Assembly: GCA_014764025.1 (NCBI GenBank)
Contig: JACXUD010000001.1
Location: forward strand, 10,643-74,642
DNA length: 64,000 bases
Origin: Campylobacterota bacterium
GTDB taxonomy: Bacteria > Campylobacterota > Campylobacteria > Campylobacterales > Sulfurimonadaceae
Reading direction: 5' to 3'
Shown here: positions 17,776 through 27,265 of the stretch, in pieces
Layout of the letters: each line of letters begins with the position of its first letter
Numbering within the stretch: the first letter of the stretch is position 1
Translations under genes and position numbers: made by a program
Notes under the pieces: model-generated
Told to the model about the DNA's origin: nothing
The model's database searches: none
Seen by the model: only the letters and a program-made list of their open reading frames with translations

Positions 17776-18924
17776 CTACTGTTCCGGTGGGTTTTCTTCC
17801 TCACTCTTTTTTCCTTGCATGGCAGCATCCAACATTCTCGCTGCCTGACTCACTCTTTCCCTTTCTATATGCGTATAAACCAATGTCGAAGCACTGCTAG
17901 AGTGTCCTAGAAGCTCCTGAAGCAATCTTTGGTCTTTTGTAATGCGATAAATGGTTGTAGCATAGGTGTGCCTAAAGAGGTGTGCTCCCATTTTTACTTT
18001 TTTAATGCCCGAATGCTCTAAAATATCTCTTATCTTATGGGAAACGGACTCAGAGTTTGCCAAAGTCTCATCAGCACCCTTCTTTCTGCCGTCAGGAGAA
18101 CAAAAGAGCAGATCATCGGTACACCTCGTACTATAAAGCCATTCATCGAGATAGGGCTGTAGTAGGGCTTCTGATATTTCAATAACCCTTATCTTGTCAC
18201 CCTTTCCCACTACTGGGAACTTCAATAGTCCGTCCTTGCGTGTGATTTTCTTTCTTTTGATCCCAAGAGCTTCAGCTATCCTTGTTCCTCCAAAAAGTGC
18301 TACCCGGACAAAGAGATTATAGAAGAGATACATACGCTCTGAAGTGAACTCATAGGGAAGTTCTCCATTCCCGCTTATATTCCCTAGTAGGGTGTGCACT
18401 TCTTTTTCTTCAAGAAATGCCGGAAGCTCGTCTCTGTTTTGTAGCTGCTGTCTCTTCCAGGTACTAAGTTCCAAATTATAGATGTATCCATTCCCACTAT
18501 TGGGCGTATTCTCATTATGTTTGGAGATATAGCCAAAGAAGTTCGTCATGGCGTTCTTATAGTTTTTCTTGGTGTTCTTTTTCATTCCCGCAGTGCTTGA
18601 GGATAGGAACTGCTTGACGATATCCTCAGAGATCTCTTTCATGCTAGTAAGCTTTCGACGCTTCAGGTAGATATGAAGCTTCTTTACTGGCACAAAAAAG
18701 CTCTTTATGCCCTTCATTCCACTATCGGCAATGTCTTTGACGATCTGTTCTATCTCTTCTATGGTTTCGGGGGAATTATTTAGCTTGATATCGCATTCTT
18801 CGAGGAGTTTCTGATCGGTTACGTTTGCATCAGAGAGGTTGGTCTTTTTGTAGAGTACGTAGCGTGTGATCCAAAAGAGAAGAGAGTCCTCAAGGCTCTC
18901 TCCGATATCAAGAGGAAACCTCAT
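17776..18924 (-). CDS. tyrosine recombinase / integrase (phage-integrase family)
   Basis: GGTRIAEALGI (catalytic R), HLFRHTYAT (HxxR) and LLGHSSSASTLVYTH (H/W and nucleophile Y). The long N-terminal region ahead of the catalytic domain is of unknown role. Confidence 0.9.
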   Translation of the reverse strand: MRFPLDIGESLEDSLLFWITRYVLYKKTNLSDANVTDQKLLEECDIKLNNSPETIEEIEQIVKDIADSGMKGIKSFFVPVKKLHIYLKRRKLTSMKEISEDIVKQFLSSSTAGMKKNTKKNYKNAMTNFFGYISKHNENTPNSGNGYIYNLELSTWKRQQLQNRDELPAFLEEKEVHTLLGNISGNGELPYEFTSERMYLFYNLFVRVALFGGTRIAEALGIKRKKITRKDGLLKFPVVGKGDKIRVIEISEALLQPYLDEWLYSTRCTDDLLFCSPDGRKKGADETLANSESVSHKIRDILEHSGIKKVKMGAHLFRHTYATTIYRITKDQRLLQELLGHSSSASTLVYTHIERERVSQAARMLDAAMQGKKSEEENPPEQ

Positions 18925-19463
18925 CCGTTTACCCTTGATACTACCTTATTTATTTCCATCTCATCTTTCTCTTTGAGTTCTGCTATTTTGCCTCTAATAA
19001 AGTGTGCAAACTGATCGTCATTGACATTATGTTCTAACGCACTCTCTAGGGCTCGTGGCAAATACTTTTTCAGTTCGTTGTCTTTTTCCGATTCTGAGAG
19101 CTCAGGAAAATTATCAAGAAGGATAGGGCCTATCAGACGGTTAATTTCCCACCCGATACTTACCTTTGCCGCAAAGTAGAGTAGAGCCATTACCAATGGT
19201 ACTACAAAAAGAGAGAAATCTGAGACATATTGACGTAGCCCTGGGTCATTTTTAGCAAAAAGCAAGAATACTGCGATGATCCCGGTAACGGCAATAAGAA
19301 CAAGGAGCAATAGGCTATGTAGCCCGACCGTGTTATTGTGTATATCGTCAAAGCCTCTTTCTCTGAGGTTTCCCCCAAATCTTTGCTCGCACGCATCATA
19401 AACCATAGCATTTCTCACTGTTCCAAGTGGCTTCAGTGTTTTTTTAAGTATTCCTTTTAGCAT
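18921..19463 (-). CDS. membrane protein (180 aa, two TM helices)
   Basis: LLLLVLIAVTGIIAVFLLF and FSLFVVPLVMALLYFAA. Its stop overlaps the integrase start by 4 nt. Confidence 0.5.
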   Translation of the reverse strand: MLKGILKKTLKPLGTVRNAMVYDACEQRFGGNLRERGFDDIHNNTVGLHSLLLLVLIAVTGIIAVFLLFAKNDPGLRQYVSDFSLFVVPLVMALLYFAAKVSIGWEINRLIGPILLDNFPELSESEKDNELKKYLPRALESALEHNVNDDQFAHFIRGKIAELKEKDEMEINKVVSRVNG

Positions 19464-19681
19464 TCTTCCTCTTCCTCTTCCTTTTTTATTTTTTTGAGTT
19501 CTCCGATAAAAACTGTATCCACATCAGCACGTTTAATCATTTTGGCATAATTGGCCATTGTCATCCCCGCATCACTCATTCTTACTTTATCTTGTGGCTT
19601 GGATGATGCGGTAATATTGATCCAAAAATACATGATCGCAGAAAGTGCTATCCAAAAGATACTTACTCCAAATTCTTCCAT
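19457..19681 (-). CDS. small membrane protein (74 aa) with EEEEEE tail
   Basis: VSIFWIALSAIMYFWI. Overlaps the downstream ORF by 7 nt. Confidence 0.45.
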   Translation of the reverse strand: MEEFGVSIFWIALSAIMYFWINITASSKPQDKVRMSDAGMTMANYAKMIKRADVDTVFIGELKKIKKEEEEEEC

Positions 19682-19724
19682 TTTATTCCTTTTTATAAGA
19701 TATGATATTAGTTTACCCTACTTC

Positions 19725-19754
19725 TTATTCAGAAAAGATAAATTTTCTGAATAA
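19725..19754. promoter_or_regulatory. perfect 12-bp-arm palindrome TTATTCAGAAAA-gataaa-TTTTCTGAATAA
   Basis: Located 44 nt upstream (minus-strand sense) of the 19681 start codon. Operator-like, with no T-run to suggest a terminator. Confidence 0.45.
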
Positions 19755-19950
19755 TATTGCTTTCTAAATTCGTAACCCCTATTGGAGTTCGTTTTTATAT
19801 AATGTCCCTGTTTCTCAAGACAGTTTTTTGGAACTTCGGTCTTTGGAGAATTTGGAGTATGATGTTTTGAGTCTCTTGAGTTCGGTATTTTCTTTCTGCC
19901 TCTCCATACTCATAAACCTACTCCTAAATTTCGTTTTTTTATTATAGCGA

Positions 19951-20154
19951 TCATTTTGGTAGATTATTGACTTTGTTTTTTGAGTAGCCGGACCATATCA
20001 AGAGAATAAAGAAACCCAACACTAAACCCATAATAATAAAGATATCGCCGTCTCTACTACAACAAAATCCATTCTTGGTAACTTTATCCCAAAAGGAAAA
20101 CATTCCCATTCCCTCTAATATTGCAAAGAGAATAAAGTAGAAATTCTTTGTCAT
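19951..20154 (-). CDS. small membrane protein (67 aa, two hydrophobic segments)
   Basis: Track ORF. FYFILFAILEGMGMF and IIMGLVLGFFILLIW. Confidence 0.4.
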   Translation of the reverse strand: MTKNFYFILFAILEGMGMFSFWDKVTKNGFCCSRDGDIFIIMGLVLGFFILLIWSGYSKNKVNNLPK

Positions 20155-20156
20155 AA

Positions 20157-20669
20157 CTATACCTCCTCCGCTTGGGATTCAAAAAGGATATCTTCAGCGA
20201 TACGCTCATATTCCTCTTCGCTCAATTCGTTTTTATACATTGCACCAAATGGACCTATCAGCTCAGTAAAATGCCATTTCCTTTTTTCAGGATCAAAGAG
20301 ATAGTAGTATAGTGCCTCATAGTCATCTACTACATCATGGCTCATCTTGTCAAACTGCTCCATTGTGATCACAAACGGCTTAACTTCATTCCAGGAATAA
20401 TTTTTCCCGAAAGGTTGGTGAGCATGAAAATAGCTAGGTTTTCCCTCTACCGGATCTTTCCCTATCGGATTAAACCACCCCTCGCTTGCTTCAGTTGCGG
20501 TATGCTCCACCTCAAGGATGCGACCTCCGCTTAGTAGCTCCTCTATACTTTCTACCGTATCGTACTTCTGAAGCATTGGCAGCATACTCTCAGGTTTTCC
20601 GTCATAGTGCGAATGCACACAAAGTACCTTATCCTCTTTTTTAAGCCCTATTAATGCGTGTGTTGCCAT
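20157..20669 (-). CDS. hypothetical protein (170 aa)
   Basis: Track ORF with GGAGGG-like RBS context. No motif recognised. Confidence 0.5.
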   Translation of the reverse strand: MATHALIGLKKEDKVLCVHSHYDGKPESMLPMLQKYDTVESIEELLSGGRILEVEHTATEASEGWFNPIGKDPVEGKPSYFHAHQPFGKNYSWNEVKPFVITMEQFDKMSHDVVDDYEALYYYLFDPEKRKWHFTELIGPFGAMYKNELSEEEYERIAEDILFESQAEEV

Positions 20670-20681
20670 TACTCTTCCCTC

Positions 20682-20864
20682 CTAAAATAGTTCTTTATAG
20701 CCGTCATACTCATAAAAGACCGTGCTTGTGCCGTCATTTACTTCATAGCCTACTGGTGTTCCTTTCGGAACTACATTGCCGCACTCATCACAAAAGATGG
20801 TGCAATCCTCGCTCACCTCTGCTTTTCTAACCTCTTCAAGCTCATAGCTTTTTACAAAGTCCAC
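20682..20864 (-). CDS. small hypothetical protein (60 aa, GTG start)
   Basis: Track ORF. A single CDEC motif only. Confidence 0.3.
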   Translation of the reverse strand: MDFVKSYELEEVRKAEVSEDCTIFCDECGNVVPKGTPVGYEVNDGTSTVFYEYDGYKELF

Positions 20865-21041
20865 GCTCTCCTCAAGCCCTTCTAGCTATGCTTTGCTAAA
20901 AGCAACCCTTACTAATGTTGGACTGTCTGCCTCACCCTCATTTTCAGGGATATACACCTCAAGTCCTATTACGATCTCGTCTGCTCCGATATTAAAGATT
21001 TTCATTTCATTTCCTTTTCTTGATATATTTAAAGAGAACGA

Positions 21042-21368
21042 CTAAGCCGCCGTTCTCACACTCTCTACGTTTCCGTATCTTTTAAGAATTCTTTTCTCCG
21101 CTTTTTTCACAAAAGACTCAAAGGACCTCTTTGATCTGAAGATATAGAATTTGTATCTCATAAATGCGATCTCTGCGGCTTCTTCTTGAGTGAAATACCC
21201 TTTGAGTCTAAAGAGCTCCAAATTGCTATCAAAAGCATAAACGATGGTATGTTCGCCTTGTCCGTCATCGCCCACTGAAATAGATACGATTTCCTCTTCT
21301 CTATCTACTGAAACCGAGTGAACTTTACCGCTTTTTCTAGCCTCTAAAACTAAGTGAATTTGCTTCAT
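21042..21368 (-). CDS. hypothetical protein (108 aa)
   Basis: Track ORF with its own promoter-like element and the conserved 20-nt leader. Confidence 0.5.
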   Translation of the reverse strand: MKQIHLVLEARKSGKVHSVSVDREEEIVSISVGDDGQGEHTIVYAFDSNLELFRLKGYFTQEEAAEIAFMRYKFYIFRSKRSFESFVKKAEKRILKRYGNVESVRTAA

Positions 21369-21394
21369 GGAATTTCCTTTTCTTGATATATCTG

Positions 21395-21403
21395 ATTATA
21401 TCA
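21395..21403 (-). promoter_or_regulatory. extended -10 promoter element (TGATATAAT on minus strand)
   Basis: The reverse complement of attatatca lies just downstream of the 21510-21527 terminator and about 27 nt upstream of ATG 21368. Confidence 0.45.
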
Positions 21404-21509
21404 TAAATATATTTTTAAATTAATAGTTTTAGAGGTTTTTGTCAATTTTTTATAGTATTTTTCGGTATTTTTTTGTGAGAATTTTTCTATACAAAGGAAG
21501 TGTAAAAAA

Positions 21510-21527
21510 ACACCTTGGAAAAGGTGT
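21510..21527 (-). terminator. intrinsic terminator ending the long minus-strand operon (bidirectional design)
   Basis: ACACCTT-ggaa-AAGGTGT 7-bp stem flanked by A7 on one side and T6 on the other, starting 6 nt after the stop of the 882-aa gene. Confidence 0.6.
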
Positions 21528-21532
21528 GTTTT

Positions 21533-24181
21533 TTACTTGCTGAGTCCGCTTGTGAGAGCCACTAGGCTCTCTTGTGAAACGGTATTTGTGCTAACCGGAA
21601 TTATGGTTTCCTTCTCTTCTTCGGTAGTAGAGGTAGTGATAGAGCTATCCGCTTTTCTCTGCTCTTCGGTGACTGTCGTTTTAAGGCTTTCCCTCATGGC
21701 ACTTTCCGCAGCTTTTGGTTTGCGGGAATTGCTAAGTTGTGCCTCTCTTACGATCCCGAAGAAAGGAGCAAGTGTTTTTACTTCTTCAACGGTCTTTTTG
21801 GCTGCTTCATTTATTGCCTTGACCACTGTGGGTCTAGGTGCAATCTCCTCTTTGTTGTCCTGGCTCTTGACATACATTGGGTTTGTTTCGCTAGAACGTG
21901 GCACGAAGTACGCTTGTCTTCCCATTCTCCAATCAGGTACTCCGCTTGAGAGCATTGATAGGTAGCTTCCAAGTGCTTTAGCGTGTGCATAACTTGGCTG
22001 TGCTGATAGGTAATCATAGATCGTAGGCTCTTCTTTGGCACTTCTCATGTACGCTGCTCCTTCTTCTGCAAGTCCATTGATCGTGAAGCCCGAAACGTGG
22101 AGATCTCTGATTGTCGCCATCATTGCCTTGTTGAGCTGTACCCTATCAGAGGAGATTTGTGCTTTTTGTTCCTCACTCAACCCTTGTGCACCTAAAGCGT
22201 CAGGGCTTGGGAACTTGACTGTATTTGGCAATACTCCGTTGTCAATACCTTCGCCCATTGCCTCGATAGCTTGTCTCGCCATTTCTGTTAGCTTACTGGC
22301 TGCGTTGGGATTTCTTAGAAGTGTATAATTCTTGTTGTTAAGCTCTCTAAAGTCAAAACGGTTGGTAAGTTTGGCAGCATTCACTATTGCGGCATAACTT
22401 CCCTCTTTCCCTCCTAGTGTTTTGCCTATATCAATCGTTCCCTTGCTTGGGTTTAGATCATTTAGTAGTGACCTCAACGCATCTGCCAACACTCCGCTTA
22501 TATCTTCCCCTCCTCTTTTCTTTATGTGACGTTCTACCCTTTTTTCAAGCTGCACATAAAGTTCAGAGTAAGGTATCTCTTTTTCATTGGCGGTAGTATA
22601 AACCCCCCTGCTATCCACTTTACTCAATCTATAAATAGACTCAGCGATATCGTCTGCGACTGTCGCTTCAAGTTTTGCGGGTAGAACTGTGCTTCCTGCC
22701 TGAAGAGAAGCAATAGAGTATCCAGGAGATAGGACTACTTCTTTGATTTGGGTATTTTTGATATTTCTCACAACCGTATCAAACTGCAAAACTGTCGTGA
22801 TAACGCTTGATAGGTTTCCGTCACGGATATTTCTAGCGATATCCCAAGTCAGCCCTGGTTTATAGTTTCTTGCGATATTCCCTTTTCCATCAGTTCCCCA
22901 TCTGAACATTCCGTGCTGATCTTCTTTTGTGATCTTGTCATCCCTCTCGGCAAGAATAGCTGTTGCAAAAAGCTTGGACATATCTGAGAAGTTCATAAGA
23001 TAATCCGCATCAACATCCTTGAATACTTGTGCATAACCTTTCTCTTCGATCCATTGTTGAAATTTCTTGCCGATCACATCAAGTTCTATTTTGAAGCTTT
23101 CTTGTTGTGCCGGATCGCCTTCTGCTCCCTTGATCTTTGCAAGGATATCTTTAACGGCTTTATGGAACGCCATACCCTGACTGTATTCTTTGAATTTACG
23201 GAAAGGGTCGGTTTCCTTACTCTGTATCTTTCTATCGAGTCTTGAAGTATCGATTGCTACTGGCATACCTAACTCAGGAGAATACCCGGTCACAATCCCT
23301 CCGACCTCTGTTCTAAAAGAAGGCTCACCCGACAAAATGCCCTCCCACTTTATTTTCCCACCTAGTTCTTGAGCCAATTCCTCTTTTTTGTTGGTAGGTG
23401 CTTTGGTCTTATTGTACGCAGAAAGAAGCTCGAATTGGAAGGCATTAAGCGGGACCCAGTTAAGATCGTTTGCGGAAAGCTCTATCTTCTTATCCATGAT
23501 CATCCTAGAGAGTTTATATGCACTCTCTTTGATCTTGCTTCCCGTCACTTTGTTTTCATAAGCTAGTTCTTGTTGTTCGATTCTACCCATGACATTGATA
23601 TAGTTATTGATATTCTCATCGGTTGAAACACTAAGAACGGCATTCATGGAATTTATAAGGTGTGGTATAGTGTCGCTATTGACATCGATGCTTTTGATGT
23701 ATGTGCCGTTTGGTCCATCTTCTCTGTGGATATACTTTTCAAAATCTTTAGAGAAGAAAAGGGCCTCCGGGTGTGCTTCCAAAAACGCTTCTGCAAAATC
23801 TATCTTATTTGGATCAGGCAAAATCCTTGTAACCATCTTTGCGAACAGTGAGGTTTTGACTCCTTGTTCCGCACCCATCATGGCCGCAAGCTCTTGTTGC
23901 GTAAGGATCTCTTTATTATCTCCGATAAACTTCGTGCCGGCTAAGAAATTCCCTTGCCCATCCCATGCGATCTCCGCTACACGCTTATTGTCTTTGAAAA
24001 TATCTGTAACTGCATCTGTTTGGGCAAACCCCAAAGGAATGATTCTTGCTTCACTTGGTAATTCACTTAATTCCTCTTGGGTAAATCCTTGCTCTTCAGG
24101 GAAAGAAGCGTATGGTATTGTTGGAGAGGAAGCAAAATCGATATATGTTCCTACGGGTCTTAATTTTTCTAAGTCAAGCAT
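21533..24181 (-). CDS. large hypothetical protein (882 aa), soluble, no recognisable motif
   Basis: Long uninterrupted track ORF with RBS AAAAGGAAAA upstream. No Walker, HUH or TM features seen. Confidence 0.6.
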   Translation of the reverse strand: MLDLEKLRPVGTYIDFASSPTIPYASFPEEQGFTQEELSELPSEARIIPLGFAQTDAVTDIFKDNKRVAEIAWDGQGNFLAGTKFIGDNKEILTQQELAAMMGAEQGVKTSLFAKMVTRILPDPNKIDFAEAFLEAHPEALFFSKDFEKYIHREDGPNGTYIKSIDVNSDTIPHLINSMNAVLSVSTDENINNYINVMGRIEQQELAYENKVTGSKIKESAYKLSRMIMDKKIELSANDLNWVPLNAFQFELLSAYNKTKAPTNKKEELAQELGGKIKWEGILSGEPSFRTEVGGIVTGYSPELGMPVAIDTSRLDRKIQSKETDPFRKFKEYSQGMAFHKAVKDILAKIKGAEGDPAQQESFKIELDVIGKKFQQWIEEKGYAQVFKDVDADYLMNFSDMSKLFATAILAERDDKITKEDQHGMFRWGTDGKGNIARNYKPGLTWDIARNIRDGNLSSVITTVLQFDTVVRNIKNTQIKEVVLSPGYSIASLQAGSTVLPAKLEATVADDIAESIYRLSKVDSRGVYTTANEKEIPYSELYVQLEKRVERHIKKRGGEDISGVLADALRSLLNDLNPSKGTIDIGKTLGGKEGSYAAIVNAAKLTNRFDFRELNNKNYTLLRNPNAASKLTEMARQAIEAMGEGIDNGVLPNTVKFPSPDALGAQGLSEEQKAQISSDRVQLNKAMMATIRDLHVSGFTINGLAEEGAAYMRSAKEEPTIYDYLSAQPSYAHAKALGSYLSMLSSGVPDWRMGRQAYFVPRSSETNPMYVKSQDNKEEIAPRPTVVKAINEAAKKTVEEVKTLAPFFGIVREAQLSNSRKPKAAESAMRESLKTTVTEEQRKADSSITTSTTEEEKETIIPVSTNTVSQESLVALTSGLSK

Positions 24182-24276
24182 GGTTTTCCTTTTTCTGCCT
24201 AAGCGTGTTCTTGTATAGATATTTTACAAGAAACGGAGCGTTTATAGGAAAAATACCAAACTCTTTAGGATTTTAT

Positions 24277-24936
24277 TCACCAGCCGTTTCTGAGGTGTTC
24301 TTGCTCTAGTATATGGGAAATACTTTTGATCCCCACAAGCTCATCAGTTATCACTATTTCTTTCTCGAAGCCAATATGCTCAATGAAAGCCAGTGTGCGA
24401 TTTTCTATAAGTCTATACTTGTCTTTTTCTGATAAGTCGCCGAGTCCACTATCGGTCATCGACAAACCTCCTAGTGCAATGATGGTGTTCTGAATGCCAT
24501 TCTGAGGATTGATCAGACTCTTGTAGTGCTTAACGGCTCCTTCGTAATCCTTTCCAAAGTCCATCATCACTGCAACTTGCCCCTCTTTGCCTCTCAATAG
24601 ACCTTTTTTTATGGTCGTGGTTTTTTCGTTTTGGCTTATATACTGCATTTCGCAATAGATCCTATGTCGCATGAAGTCATACCACTCTTTTCCGTTCTCT
24701 CCAACATACACAATATAAAGGCTCAGATCATCCCTCTTTGACATTTCGAGGCAAGAACTGTAAAAGAACGGCTCTCTTTGATTTCTTTCTCTCCCCATAT
24801 AAAGATAATGCTTTTGGATAGTAAGCTCTCTTCTGTTCTCTGACACTTTATTGCTCCTTGAGTGATTCTTGATTTTTTTTACCCTCGAACTCTTCGAGTG
24901 CTTCTTTGTTTTCTTCTGATATTTGAAAGGCTGCAT
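24277..24936 (-). CDS. hypothetical protein (start uncertain: 24936 or ATG 24798)
   Basis: Track ORF. The first 30 codons overlap the upstream gene. Confidence 0.45.
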   Translation of the reverse strand: MQPFKYQKKTKKHSKSSRVKKIKNHSRSNKVSENRRELTIQKHYLYMGRERNQREPFFYSSCLEMSKRDDLSLYIVYVGENGKEWYDFMRHRIYCEMQYISQNEKTTTIKKGLLRGKEGQVAVMMDFGKDYEGAVKHYKSLINPQNGIQNTIIALGGLSMTDSGLGDLSEKDKYRLIENRTLAFIEHIGFEKEIVITDELVGIKSISHILEQEHLRNGW

Positions 24937-25303
24937 TTGTTGCTACTGCCCTAAGATAAATAAGTCGTTGTCTTGTATTCGTCTTTTGAAGCTCTGAGGT
25001 ATTGTTGAGCGATGAAACCATTTTGCTTACTTCCTGGGAAGCCCTGCTGAGTTCTTCGTATTCTGACAAGGTAAGAGCGATGATCTCATCGAGCTTCCTT
25101 GTCTCTTTATCTAGCTGCTCATCAAGTTTTTTCATTTCCTCTATTGTTTTCAGAGAAGCTTTTCGTAGATCGATGAGCTTTTCTAGTGCTGCGGCTTCTT
25201 GAGGATCGCAAGTATCTCCAAACCCATACAGAGGCATACTGGCAAGCAAAGCCAAAAGTGTGCCTTTTAGTAATTGTCTTATATGGAAGTTTATCAAATT
25301 CAT
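24848..25303 (-). CDS. exported coiled-coil protein (151 aa)
   Basis: Hydrophobic N-terminus LLKGTLLALLASMPLYG, then heptad-like K/E/L-rich sequence. Confidence 0.5.
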   Translation of the reverse strand: MNLINFHIRQLLKGTLLALLASMPLYGFGDTCDPQEAAALEKLIDLRKASLKTIEEMKKLDEQLDKETRKLDEIIALTLSEYEELSRASQEVSKMVSSLNNTSELQKTNTRQRLIYLRAVATNAAFQISEENKEALEEFEGKKNQESLKEQ

Positions 25304-25827
25304 TTACCTTCTTTTCTAGCTTTTAGCTCTTGTGCCATATTCTCGTCGAACATATCTTGTAAAATAGCGGTATTGGTCCTAAGAGAAACAACGCACATCA
25401 AAGCAGTATTATTGAGGGTCGAAACGTATGAATTTGTCATATTCTTTAATTTGCTCGTATTAAAGGAGAGCTTGAACTGTGCTGCATACTCATTGATACC
25501 TGACGCAATCGCATCATCCAATGAGGCATCCATTTCTTTTTCACTCTCGATCATTTTGTCTGTCTGACGTTTTCCTTCCTCAAGATACGAAATCCAGTCG
25601 CCGGAAAGTTCAGAGTAGAACTTGTTTTTATCTACCCCTCTATGCACTTGGGCAATAGCGTTCATCTGAAGCATAAGTGCTTTTCTGCATAGTGCGGTGT
25701 CCGATGCTTCTTTACAAGCTTCATTTGCTTCGTCTATTTTCTCTTGTTTCAATCCGTCGTTTTCAGGATTGATCTCCGCAAAAAGCATCGAGATCAAAAG
25801 CAATGAAGAGTAAAGTATTTTCTTCAT
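25300..25827 (-). CDS. exported protein (175 aa)
   Basis: Signal peptide MKKILYSSLLLISMLFA. 4-nt overlap with the downstream gene. Confidence 0.5.
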   Translation of the reverse strand: MKKILYSSLLLISMLFAEINPENDGLKQEKIDEANEACKEASDTALCRKALMLQMNAIAQVHRGVDKNKFYSELSGDWISYLEEGKRQTDKMIESEKEMDASLDDAIASGINEYAAQFKLSFNTSKLKNMTNSYVSTLNNTALMCVVSLRTNTAILQDMFDENMAQELKARKEGK

Positions 25828-25838
25828 CTTGTTCCTCT

Positions 25839-26576
25839 TTATTTAGTAAGGTTTGTAGGCTTATAAAGCTCTGTGAATGTGATACCAAGCGGATTGATAG
25901 GACTACCCTTTGAAGGATCAACTTTCCCTATTGCCTCTACTATCATATTCCCCTCTCTCTGTCTGTAACTTTCAGTATTTCCATCAAAGATACTTGCGAC
26001 CACCTTGTAGCTGATACGAATACTAAAGGAGTCGCCGTCTGTTCTGAAGTCCTCAATGCTCTGATCAGTAATAGAGTAGAACTCGACAAGCGTGTTTTTG
26101 TTCATCCCAAATACCATAGAGGTCAGATACGCTTCAAAGTCATTATATGCCTTGCTGTTCTTCTCTAGGTAGTTGTCTCTGAATATTACTGCCTCTTCTG
26201 AATTTGCATAGAAATCATCAAGCGTTCTGATAGGCACTTGGAAGTTGTTCGATACTTTCCCCCAAGTATAAAGTCCGTAAAGCCTGATATAGTTGGAGAT
26301 ACCTCTCTTGAATTCAGTGGAGGCCACATTCAGCTTAGTAGGAACGACGGTTATGGCTCTTCCCATAATATCCATCATAATTATCCCTTTACTTAACTGC
26401 ACTCTTGATTCATCCATTCTTTGTGCTGCCGCATCAACCTTTTCATTCAGGGTAGTGCCCACATAGACATTCCAAGCCAGTGAAGCCGCCAACATTATCC
26501 AAAGCATCCAACAATTATTTACTAAAAAATCTTTCCATCTTTGGAACATTGAGCTATTGTATTTGATATTTCCCAT
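25839..26576 (-). CDS. bitopic membrane protein (N-terminal TM + ~200-aa periplasmic domain)
   Basis: CWMLWIMLAASLAWNVYVG. The topology resembles the VirB8/DotI/TraE class, but no sequence motif supports that assignment. Confidence 0.5.
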   Translation of the reverse strand: MGNIKYNSSMFQRWKDFLVNNCWMLWIMLAASLAWNVYVGTTLNEKVDAAAQRMDESRVQLSKGIIMMDIMGRAITVVPTKLNVASTEFKRGISNYIRLYGLYTWGKVSNNFQVPIRTLDDFYANSEEAVIFRDNYLEKNSKAYNDFEAYLTSMVFGMNKNTLVEFYSITDQSIEDFRTDGDSFSIRISYKVVASIFDGNTESYRQREGNMIVEAIGKVDPSKGSPINPLGITFTELYKPTNLTK

Positions 26577-27265
26577 TACTTGATACCTTTCATTGATTGA
26601 TTCTGTATTTGCTCTTGTGCGTATTGTTGTGCTAGTTCTATCTGTAGTTCTTCGTCTCTAAAGAGGTCTAGTTGTGTTCTGAGTGATTGTTTACTGCCAA
26701 GTTCCATGACTCCTTCCTCCTGATTGTACTTTTTGAGCATATAGCCTTTAAGGGCTTTCTTTTCTGATCCCTTGGAAATAAATCGTGCCGTGGCGATCTT
26801 GAACATCATCGAGTGAGACCAACTCTCTCTTGAAGCTTCCGCAAATTGTTGTTCATAATGAACGATTTGGGCATCATTGAGAGCTCTCTGAAGTAAGAAG
26901 GAGTCCAAAATCTCTATGATCTTCAACGCCTCCACCTCCAATGATTCTGTTTTTGGTGCAAGTTCGTCATTAAGGTAGTAGTCAATATACTCAAAGACCG
27001 ACTCAATCTGAGAAGGGCTTATGATCCCTATTGAGGAGAGAAAGAGAATGATATACTCTTTGTCCACTTTAATTTTAGTTCCTTCCGGCAACGGCTCCAA
27101 AGAAGCACTCATAGGGATAAGCGTAGGGTGAGGAAAAAGATCAAAGCCCTTATTCTCCATGATGAAGCTATTATCGACCCTTGGATACCCAAATATCCCG
27201 TTTAGATATCCGGTGTTGAGGTATCTCATTGCTTTTTTGACAATATCTAGTCCTCCCATACCCAA
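26576..27265 (-). CDS. hypothetical soluble protein (229 aa)
   Basis: Track ORF. The start of the downstream gene overlaps its stop by 1 nt. Confidence 0.5.
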   Translation of the reverse strand: MGMGGLDIVKKAMRYLNTGYLNGIFGYPRVDNSFIMENKGFDLFPHPTLIPMSASLEPLPEGTKIKVDKEYIILFLSSIGIISPSQIESVFEYIDYYLNDELAPKTESLEVEALKIIEILDSFLLQRALNDAQIVHYEQQFAEASRESWSHSMMFKIATARFISKGSEKKALKGYMLKKYNQEEGVMELGSKQSLRTQLDLFRDEELQIELAQQYAQEQIQNQSMKGIK

